Shown here one piece after another: positions 1 through 8,502 of a stretch of 64,000 bases of DNA. Within the stretch, counting starts at the first letter, position 1. Every line of letters starts with the position of its first letter. Made by a program: the position numbers and the translations under genes. Under the pieces are notes generated by a model. It was not told where the DNA came from. It did no database searches and worked only from the letters and a program-made list of their open reading frames with translations. Where the stretch lies: the NCBI RefSeq assembly GCF_009914755.1, contig NC_060934.1, one strand, 5' to 3'. This stretch comes from the human T2T-CHM13v2.0 reference genome, Homo sapiens.

Positions 1-1422
1 AAAAGGTTAAGCGAGGGGAAGAAGCCGTGCTGTGCCAGAGAACCTTATCAACGTCGGCCTATCTAAGAGTCTGACGTACTCAGCGTTTGATTTGGTTTTC
101 AAATACAGGAAGGACAGCAGGATTAGAACTAGAAATGTCTGGGAAGAAAAAGAAAAGGCAATTCACAAGAAGCAATAATGCCCATTGCTTCAGATTGGGT
201 CATTCACATGTGTTATGAAGAAAACAGAAAATTTGTTTTCTCTCTTTTTTATTTTTTGCTAGTGCAATTTCACATTTAATTTATATGGCTTTATTCATTC
301 TTCATTTATTTCATTTGCCATATTTTTTGGTGCCAGCAGGGAGACTTTGTTCTGTTTTCCACAATGGTTGTATGGGACTATTTTTATAATTCATATTTTC
401 TTGTTTCCCTTACAGGGTTGTTTAAAAAAAAAAAAAAAAACAGAAAATAGTAGTTCTGATTCCAATCTGTCTAAGCCAAACAGTTTAACAAGGGATGATT
501 TTTCCTCATAGTGTGACCTTTACTCCTTTATTTTTTAAAATTTCAGTTACCTGCAAAATGAAGCTAAAAATGATTGCCAAGATCTCTTCCAGCTCTTAAA
601 ATGCAAGACTCTAAAAATCAGTTTCCAAAGGTATTTAGAAATGACTTAGACAAGATATCTGGAATATGGAAATAAGGGAGATACGGAAAGCAGAATCGCT
701 AAAAGGATTATGTGTTGCATTATCAAACGTAGCACTCCTTTTTTGGAAATTTCTCTGATGGAATAACAAAAATCATTATTACCAAGGTCGTACTGAGAGG
801 CATCAATAGCTTTAGTAATTTTGATGTAGTTGGTGCTGTCATTACTAACTTGTTAAAATTAAATACAATTTTTGTTAATGTTTTCCTTTATTTTAGTTTT
901 AAAACAAATGTATCCTCAACTCCAGCATAGCAAAGCAGTGCATATTCTAGATCTGAATTGAAATAACCAGTTTATCTTTTCAAACAGACACTTAGGGGCA
1001 ATTTAATTCAATTAAGAATGAATTAATTCAACAAACTTTTATCATATGTCAACTTCTAGCATATGCTGGAAATAAAATATTCTGTCTTTCCTTAAGGTAT
1101 TTAAAATCTAGTAGGAGTTAGAATAAAAACAATTGCATGACTAAAAATGATTTAAAAATGCATTTAATTGTTATACATCTAATATACTGATGTTCAAAAT
1201 AACCCTGCAAAGCATCACGATTATTCTGTTTTACACAAGAAAACATTGAGTTCAGTGAGGTTAGGTGGCTTGTCCAAAGCCAAACAGGCTGGCAATGTCA
1301 GGGCTTCACTTTGAGTTCAGATCTCTCTACACTGCACCCTATCTATAACACTAGGTAATACATTATTATTTTTATAGGAGAGATATAAAATGGAGTTCAG
1401 AGATGTGGTAAAGATCAGTGCT

Positions 1423-1702
1423 GGCCAGGTGTGGTGGCTCACACCTGTAATCCCAACACTTGGGAGCCGAGGCAGGCGGATCACTTGAGGTCAGGAGTTC
1501 AAGACCAGCCTGACTAACATGGTGAAGCCCCATCTCTACAAAAAATTAATGGGGTGTGGTGGTTTATGCCTGTAGTTCCAGCTACTCAGGAGGCTGAGGC
1601 ACAAGAATCACTTGACCCTGGGAGGCCAGAGCTTGCAGTGAGCTGAGATCACCTGGTCAATCAAGTGAAACTCCATCTCAAAAATAAAAATAAATAAAAA
1701 TA
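1423..1702 (+). mobile_element. Alu (older S/J-type) with small 3' internal deletion
   Basis: GGCCAGGTGTGGTGGCTCACACCTGTAATCCC start, dimeric structure, (A5T)n tail; degenerate TSD atcagtgct/atcggtgct. Confidence 0.9.
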
Positions 1703-1928
1703 AATCGGTGCTGAAAACATTTTAAGGAGGAATGTAGTTGACTTTAAGAAGCTATGTAAATCGGCCGGGTGCGGTGGCTCATGCCTGTAATCCCAGCACT
1801 TTCGGAGGCCGAGGCGGGTGGATCTCGAGGTCAGGAGATTGAGACCATCCTGGCTAACATGGTGAAACCCCGTCCCTACTAAAAAAATACACACACACAC
1901 ACAAAAATGAGCCAGGCGTGGTGGCGGG

Positions 1929-2280
1929 TTTCACTCGAGTCCATGTGAAGAGACCACCAAACAGGCTTTGTGTGAGCAACATGGCTGTTTATTTCACCTG
2001 GGTGCAGGCGGGCTGAGTCCGAAAAGAGAGTCAGCGAAGGGAGATAAGGGTGGGGCCGTTTTATAGGATTTGGGTAGGTAAAGGAAAATTACAGTCAAAG
2101 GGGGTTTGTTCTCTGGTGGGTAGGAGTGGGGGTCACAAGGTGCTCAGTGGGGGTGCTTTCTGAGCCAGGATGAGCCAGGAAAAGGACTTTCACAAGGTAA
2201 TGTCATCAGTTAAGGCAAGGACCGGCCATTTACACTTCTTTTGTGGTGGAACGTCATCAGTTAAGGTGGCGCAGGGCATA
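1929..2280 (-). promoter_or_regulatory. 3' LTR7, truncated (distal U3 and PPT deleted); retains TATA and polyA signal
   Basis: Matches 7409-7790 with about 10 substitutions, then joins internal sequence at 2281; CCTATAAAACGG near 2056-2067 and AATAAA near 1988-1993 on minus. Confidence 0.92.
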
Positions 2281-2331
2281 AGCTGCTTCAAGCGGGATTA
2301 GGGGCGGCATGGGAACCTAGAGTGGGAGAAA

Positions 2332-2544
2332 TTAAGCTGAAAGGAGATCTTGTGGTAAGGGATGATATTGTGGGGTTGTTAGAAGAAACATTTGTTGTAT
2401 AGAATGATTGGTGATGGCCTGGATATGGTTGTGTATGAACTGAAAAACTAAATGGAATAAGAAGGAGAAAAACAGGTATAAAAGGTCTAAGAATTGGGAG
2501 GACCTAGGACATCTGATTAGAGAGTGCCTAAGGAGATTCAGCAT
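2332..2544 (-). pseudogene. env: HERV-H env remnant (TM cytoplasmic tail)
   Basis: C-terminus QFIHNHIQAITNHSIQQMFLLTTPQYHPLPQDLLSA resembles the HERV-H Env tail; most of env is deleted. Confidence 0.75.
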
Positions 2545-2899
2545 AGTCCTGCCAGCAAAGATTATTTATTTACTTCAAGGGTTAAGAGTGGCGGTTTGGG
2601 GATAGCACGAGGAGATATCAGCTGTGACGGCTTGGAGAAACAGTGTAAACCGGCAGTGTAAACAAGAACAGGGCATGTATGAGTAGTTGAGAACAGAGGA
2701 GTAGGACTAGACAGAAAATAGTAGGGATGACAAGTTTTTTTGTGGGCACAGTCTAAGTTGGTCCGGTGTCTGGAATGAGACTGGGGCCTAATAAAAAGGA
2801 CCAACTATACAGGAGCTTAAATGGGCTGTACCTTGTAGCATTCCGAGGACAGGCCTGAATTCTGAGAAGGGAAAGTGATAAAAGTATTGTCCAGTCCTT

Positions 2900-4960
2900 T
2901 TTGGTGGCTGAGCTTGGTGAGGTGTGTTTTTAAAAGACCTTCAGTCCATTCTACCTTTCTTGAAGATGGAGGACTGTAAGGGATATAAAGGTTTCACTGA
3001 ATACTAAGAGCCTGAAAAACTGCTTGGCTGATTTGACTAATAAAGGCTCATCTGTTATCAGACTGTATTGAGGTGGGAAGACTAAACTGAGGAATTATGT
3101 CTGACAGAACGGAAGAAATGACTGCGGTGGCCTTCTCAGACCCTGTAGGAAAGGCCTCTACCTATCCAGTGAAAGTATCTACCTAGACTAAGAGGTATTT
3201 TAGTTATCTGACTTCAGGGCATGTTGAGTAAAGCTAATTTGCCAGTCCTGGGTGGGGCAAATCCTCGAGCTTGATGTGTAGGGAAGGGAGGGGGCCTGAA
3301 TAATCCCTGAGGAGTAGTAGAATAGCAGATGGAACACTAAGTTATTTCCTTGAGGATAGATTTCCACGATGGAAAGGAAATGAGAGGTTCTGAGAGGCGG
3401 GCTAGTGGCTTGTACTATAGCACAGCCTGCCTTTGCTGGTATGTGGCGATTAGGCCTGGTGGAACTGCCATCAATAAATCAAGCGTGATCAGGGTGAGGA
3501 ACAGGAAAGAAGGAAATATGGGGAAATGGGGTGAATATCAGGTGGATCAGAGAGATACAGTCGTGGGGGTCAGTTGTGGTATCAGGAATAATGTGGGAGG
3601 CTGGATTGAAGTCTGGGCCAGGAACAATGGTAATTGTGGGAGACTCAACAAAGAGTGAGTACAGCTGAAGGAGCCGGGAAGCAGAAAGTATATGCGTCAG
3701 GTATGAGGAAGAAAATAGATTTTGGAAGTTATGAGAACTGTAGAGAGTGAGTTGAGCATAGTTTGTGATTTTTAGGGCCTCTAAAAGTATTGAAGCAGCG
3801 GCAGCCGCTGCATGCAGACATGAGGGCTAGGCTAAAACAGTAAGGTCAAGTTGTTTGGACAGAAAGGCTACAGGGTGTGGTCCTGGCTCTTGTGTAAGAA
3901 TTCTGACCACGCTAACCATGCCTAGGAAGGAAAGGAGTTGTTGTTTTGTAGAAGGTGCTTGGGTTTGAGAGATCAGTCGGACACGATTGGCAGGGAGAGC
4001 ACATGTGTTTTTATGAGAATTATGCTGAGATAGGTAACAGTTGAGGAAGAAATTTGGGCTTGATTCAAGTAATGGGGGCTGTCTGTGAAGCTTTGCGGCA
4101 GTACAGCCTAGGTAATTTGCTGAGCTTGATGGGTGTCAGGGTCAGTCCAAGTGAAAGCGAAGAAAGGCTGGGATTAAGGGTGCAAAGGAATAGTAAAGAA
4201 AGCATGTTTGAGATCTAGAACAGAATAATGGGTTGTAGAGGCAGGTATTAAGGATAGGAGAGTATATGGGTTTGGCACCACAGGGTGGATAGGCAAAACA
4301 ATTTGGTTGATAAGGCGCAGATCCTGAACTAACTTGTAAGGCTTGTCTGGTTTTAGGACAGGTGAAATGGGGGAATTGTAAGGAGAGTTTATAGGCTTTA
4401 AAAGGCCATGCTGTAGCAGGCGAGTGATAACAGGCTTTAATCTTTTTAAAGTGTGCTGTGGGATGGGATATTGGCGTTGAGTGGGGTAAGAGTGATTAGG
4501 TTTTAATGAGATGGTAAGGGGTGCATGATTGGCCGCCAAGGAGGGAGTAGAGGTGTCTTATACTTGTGGGTTAAGGTGGGGGGATACAAGAGGATGATGC
4601 AAAGGAGGCTTTGGATTGGGAAGAAGAGCGGCAATGAGATATAGCTGTAGTCCAGGAATAGTCAGGGAAGCAGATAATTTAGTTAAAGTGTCTCAGCCTA
4701 ATAAGGGAACTGGGCAGGTGGGGATAACTAAAAAGGAGTGCTTAAAAGAGTATTGTCTAAGTTGGCACCAGAGTTGGGGAGTTTTAAGAGGTTTAGAAGC
4801 CTGGCCGTCAATACCCACAACAGTTATGGAGGCAAGGGAAACAGGCCCTGGAAAAGAAGGTAATGTGGAGTGAGTAGCCTCCGTATTGATTAAGAAGGGG
4901 ACAGGCTTACCTTCCTCTGTGAGAGTTACCCGAAGCTTGCCATCCGTGATGGTCTAGGGG
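2900..4960 (-). pseudogene. pol: HERV-H pro/pol remnants (RT N-terminus open at 4174-4539); boundaries approximate
   Basis: ORF has QYPIP...SPYNSPISPVLKPDKPYKLVQDLRLINQIV...YSVLDLKHAFFTIPLHP, typical gammaretroviral RT motifs; flanked by stops and deletions. Confidence 0.85.
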
Positions 4961-5452
4961 GCTTCCGAGGTGATCGGGCAGTGTCAGTCTTCAGCCGGTA
5001 AGCCAAGAAGGAGTCAGAGAGCCTAGGGCCAGAGTTCCAGGAGCTCTGGGAGTGGCTGCCAGGTGAGTTGAACAGTCCGATTTTCAGTGGGGTCCCACAC
5101 AGATGGGACGCGGCTTAGGAGGAATCCCGGGCTGCGGGCGTTCCTTGGCCCAGTGGCCAGATTTCCGGCATGTGTAGCAAGTTCCTGGGGGAGGAGGTTC
5201 TGGAGGAATGCCTGACTGCTACAGTTCAGGCGTTTGGAAGTTCTTGTGTGCTGGAGATGTGGCTGGGGTTTGTCTCACAGTGGAGGTAAGGAATTGCAAC
5301 TTTTTTCTGTTATTGCACACCTTGAAGGTGAGGTTAATTAAGTCCTGTTGTGGGGTTTGAGGGCCAGATTCCAGTTTTTGGAGTTTTATTTAATGTCGGG
5401 AGCAGACTGGGTAATAAAATGTATATTGAGAATAAGACGGCCTTTTGACCTT

Positions 5453-6661
5453 TTAGGGGCTAGGACTGTAAAGTGTCTCAGGGTTGCTGTCAAACGAGCC
5501 AGCCAGGAGTCGAACCTGAGTGGATTGGGTGATAAAATGCATATTAAGAATAAGGTGGCCTTCTGGCCCCTCTGGGTCTAGGGCGGTATAGCGTCTAAAG
5601 GTTGCTGCTAAGCAGGCCATGAACTGGGCTGGATTTTCATCTTTACCTTGGGTGGTTTCTTTAAGTTTGTTGTAATTAACAGCTTTGTAAGCTGCTTTTT
5701 TAAGCCCTTCAACTAGGCAGGAAACCATGTAATCTTGCCTAGCTATACCTGGGGAATTTGCCTGGTAGTTCCATTGGGGATCCTTTTGGGGAACTGCTCT
5801 AATGCCTTCCTGGAGGTCTGGCTCATGAAGCCGGCAGTTATCAGCATGAGATTGGGCTAGAGAAAAAACTCTTTCCCGTTCATCTGGGGAGAGGGTAGAA
5901 GTCAGGATGACACTTAAGTCACTCCAGGTTAAGTTGTAGGACAGAGTTAGATATTGGAATTCCTGTATATATTTAGTGCGGTCTGATGAGAAAGAGCCTT
6001 AACGTTGACTGATCTGAGAGAGGTCTGATAGAGAAAAAGGTACATGTACCCTGACTATGCCTTCAGCTCCAGCCACCTCTCTAAGAGGAAATTGTTGGGC
6101 AGGTGGGGAGGAGCTAGTCGCGGAACTAAACTGTAAGCCGGACCGGGTGTGAGGAGGGGGGGTGGTAGAAGGATTATAAGGTGGAGGAGCGGAGGCTGAG
6201 GAAGAATTGGGACTTAGCTTGGCCTGGCGACGAGCAGCCTGGGGAGGAGGGGAGAGGTCAGATGGGTCTGTAGAAAAGGAAGACTGGAAAGACTCAGCGA
6301 CGCTTGGGGTTGGGACTGAGGGGACAGGCGGGAGGGAAAGAAGGAGGATTTGGGAGGAATCGCATTGGGAACAGAGGCTAGGGAGGGAACAAAGTGTGAA
6401 AAATGCCTGGACGTAAGGCACCTCAGACCATTTGCCCATTTTTCGACAAAAATTATTTAGGTCTTGTAGGATGGAGAAATCGAAAGTGCCGTTTTCTGGC
6501 CATTTAGAGCCATTGTCGAGTTTGTACTGGGGCCAAGTGGTGTTGCAGAAGAAAATAAGGCATTTAGGTTTTAGGTCAGGTGTGAGTTGAAGAGGTTTTA
6601 AGTTCTTAAGGACACAGGCTAAAGGAGAAGAAGGAGGAATGGAGGGTGGAAGGTTGCCCAT
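5453..6661 (-). pseudogene. gag: HERV-H gag (MA-CA), one in-frame TAA at 5999-6001
   Basis: MGNLPPSIPPSSPLACVLKNL start, PPPY late-domain motif, MHR-like TTQGKDENPAQF; ORFs 5999-6703 and 5453-5728 share a frame and manual translation of 5729-5998 has no stop. Confidence 0.9.
5495..5518 (-). other. Captured 24-nt fragment of tRNA-Arg(ACG) 3' end inside gag
   Basis: Minus strand reads CAGGTTCGACTCCTGGCTGGCTCG (T-arm and acceptor 3' strand), as I recall human tRNA-Arg-ACG ending ...ATTCCAGGTTCGACTCCTGGCTGGCTCG. Confidence 0.8.
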
Positions 6662-7544
6662 AGTGAAGGAGACAAACCCTGAGAAAAGAGAGCGTAGAGA
6701 CATGGAGGAGGGGAGTGGGGTTCTTGCCCTCCAGAAAAGCAGAGAGGGGGTTGGGACACGGAAATAAGGGATTGGGGCACAGAGATAAGAGGTCAGGGTG
6801 CAGAAATAAGGGATTGGGGCACAGAGATAAGAGGTTGGGGTGTGGAAATAAGCAATTGGGGGGTTCTTGCCCCCTAGGAAAGCGGGACTTGCCGCTAAGG
6901 GTGAAGGAGAAGGGGTTGAGGGGTACTTGCCCCTGCCCCAGGAAAGCGGGACTTGCCGCTAAGGGTGAAGGACCAAGGCAGGTGTCCCTGCATGGTCTGA
7001 CACCCTTGAAAGGTGAGTGTATAATCAGAGAGGCGTCCCTGCAATGATTAAACACCAAGGGAAGGCTGCATTCCCAGTCTGTGACCTGCGCTGGAGTTTT
7101 GAGTTCATGGATAAAACATGTCTCTTTTGTCTCTGCCAGAAAATGAAAGGAATTGAAATTAAGAGAAGGGAGAGATTGAAGTGTGGCGCCAAGATTGAAA
7201 GGAGAAAGAGGTTGAGGGATAGTGAGGGAGGTTGGAGAAGAGAGTAAAAAGAGGCCGCTTACCAGATTTGAAATTGGTGAGATGTTTCTTGGGCTGGTCG
7301 GTCTGAGGACCTGAGGTCGTAGGTGGATCTTTCTCATGGAGCAAAGAGCAGGAGGACAGGGGATTGATCTCCCAAGGGAGGTCCCCCGATCCGAGTCATG
7401 GCACCAAATTTCACTCGAGTCCATGTGAAGAGACCACCAAACAGGCTTTGTGTGAGCAACATGGCTGTTTATTTCACCTGGGTGCAGGCGGGCTGAGTCT
7501 GAAAAGAGAGTCAGCGAAGGGAGATAAGGGTGGGGCTGTTTCAT
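6606..7544 (-). CDS. 312-codon LTR7/leader ORF similar to the putative ESRG (HESRG) protein; translation unproven
   Basis: TLFSDSARLHPGEINS.VAHTKPVWWSLH...GTSLGRSIPCPPALCS...LNPFSFTLSGKSRF closely resembles the ESRG ORF as I recall it, but is not identical. Confidence 0.4.
   Translation of the reverse strand: MKQPHPYLPSLTLFSDSARLHPGEINSHVAHTKPVWWSLHMDSSEIWCHDSDRGTSLGRSIPCPPALCSMRKIHLRPQVLRPTSPRNISPISNLVSGLFLLSSPTSLTIPQPLSPFNLGATLQSLPSLNFNSFHFLAETKETCFIHELKTPAQVTDWECSLPLVFNHCRDASLIIHSPFKGVRPCRDTCLGPSPLAASPAFLGQGQVPLNPFSFTLSGKSRFPRGQEPPNCLFPHPNLLSLCPNPLFLHPDLLSLCPNPLFPCPNPLSAFLEGKNPTPLLHVSTLSFLRVCLLHYGQPSTLHSSFFSFSLCP
6760..6972. repeat. HERV-H leader tandem repeats
   Basis: About 42-bp GAAATAAGGGATTGGGGCACAGAGATAAGAGG units, plus two copies of CTTGCCCC...AGGAAAGCGGGACTTGCCGCTAAGGGTGAAGGA. 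Confidence 0.8.
7257..7265 (-). promoter_or_regulatory. HERV-H major splice donor
   Basis: CTG|GTAAGC on minus, ~125 nt downstream of the PBS, where the HERV-H leader donor is expected. Confidence 0.7.
7389..7406 (-). other. Primer binding site, tRNA-His
   Basis: TGGTGCCATGACTCGGAT directly after the LTR; 17/18 match to the tRNA-His complement TGGTGCCGTGACTCGGAT. Confidence 0.93.
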
Positions 7545-7892
7545 AGGATTTGGGTAGGTAAACGAAAATTACAGTCAAAGGGGGTTTGTTCTCTGGTGGG
7601 TAGGAGTGGGGGTCGCAAGGTGCTCAGTGGGCAGGAGTGGGGGTCGCAAGGTGCTCAGTGGGGGTGCTTTTTGAGCCAGGATGAGCCAGGAAAAGGACTT
7701 TCACAAGGTAATATCATCAGTTAAGGCAAGGACCGGCCATTTACACTTCTTTTGTGGTGGAATGTCATCAGTTAAGGTGGGGTAGGGCATATTCACTTAT
7801 TTTGTGATTCTTTAGTTACTTCAGGCCATCTTGGCGTATATGTGCAGGTCACAGGGGATGCGATGGCTTGGCTTGGGCTCAGAGGCCTGACA
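7409..7892 (-). promoter_or_regulatory. 5' LTR7 (484 bp)
   Basis: Complete TGTCAGG...GTGAAA; two copies of a 31-bp U3 repeat; ACAAAAGA SOX-like motif at 7748-7755; TATA box altered to TATGAAA. Confidence 0.95.
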
Positions 7893-8502
7893 GCGGGCAC
7901 CTGTAGTCTCAGCTACTGTAGTCTCAGCTACTCGGGAGGCAGAGGCAGGAGAATGGCATGAACCCAGGAGGCGGAGCTTGCAGGGAGCCCAGATTGCACC
8001 CCTGCACTCCAGCCTGGGAGACAGAGTGAGACTGTCTAAAAACCAAACAAAAAACAAGAAGGAATGTAAGTCAATTTTTACTTCTGAGTACCCTCAGGCA
8101 AAGCCCTCCCATAGCACCCAGGTCGTCCACTTGCTACTACTTATCACACTTGTAATTATGTTTTAAGTTCCTTCCCCACTAGAGTGTAAGTCCTAGGGGG
8201 GCAAGAAGCAGTAATGTGCTAGTAAATGTTTAACAACCAGCTGTCCAGGTTTGCTGTCTCTTCAGTTTGCTGTCTCCTGAAAGTACCAACATGCCGGCTA
8301 CAGGCTGGTAAAATTCCTGCAAATAACAATAGATTCTTGCAAGCCAAGTAGGCATCCTGTGGCAGCAAAGGGCTGGCAGGGACCATGTTAGTTATCACTG
8401 TAAAATCTCCAGCACTGGCACTTGGTAGATGCTCAACATTTCTGTTGAATGAATGGCTATTCTTTTCAAGTTGAAGTTTCTAGAAATTCATGTTTCCTTT
8501 GT

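Larger units (their letters stand above)
1929..7892 (-). mobile_element. HERV-H provirus (LTR7-gag-pro-partial pol-env remnant-LTR7)
   Basis: Two LTR7 copies (TGTCAGGCCTCTGAGCCCAAG...GTGAAA on minus), tRNA-His PBS, gag/RT/env-like translations, 5-bp TSD GCGGG at 1924-1928 and 7893-7897. Confidence 0.97.
1763..8055 (+). mobile_element. AluY-type element split by the HERV-H provirus (pieces 1763-1928 and 7893-8055)
   Basis: AluY-type positions (GAGACCATCCTGGCTAAC, GAATGGCATGAACCCAGGAGGCGGAGCTTGCAG); the two halves rejoin across GCGGG; degenerate outer TSD aagaagctatgtaaatc / aagaaggaatgtaagtc; middle A-tract expanded to (CA)n. Confidence 0.92.

Noticed and set aside
6760-6972. Spaced repeats superficially like a CRISPR array
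   Set aside because: Primate DNA; these are HERV-H leader tandem repeats with no unique spacers or cas genes
1929-7892. Identifying this provirus as the ESRG locus or another named HERV-H lncRNA
   Set aside because: The leader ORF differs from ESRG as I recall it (for example HMDSSEIWCHD and a longer C-terminus); the locus cannot be determined without mapping
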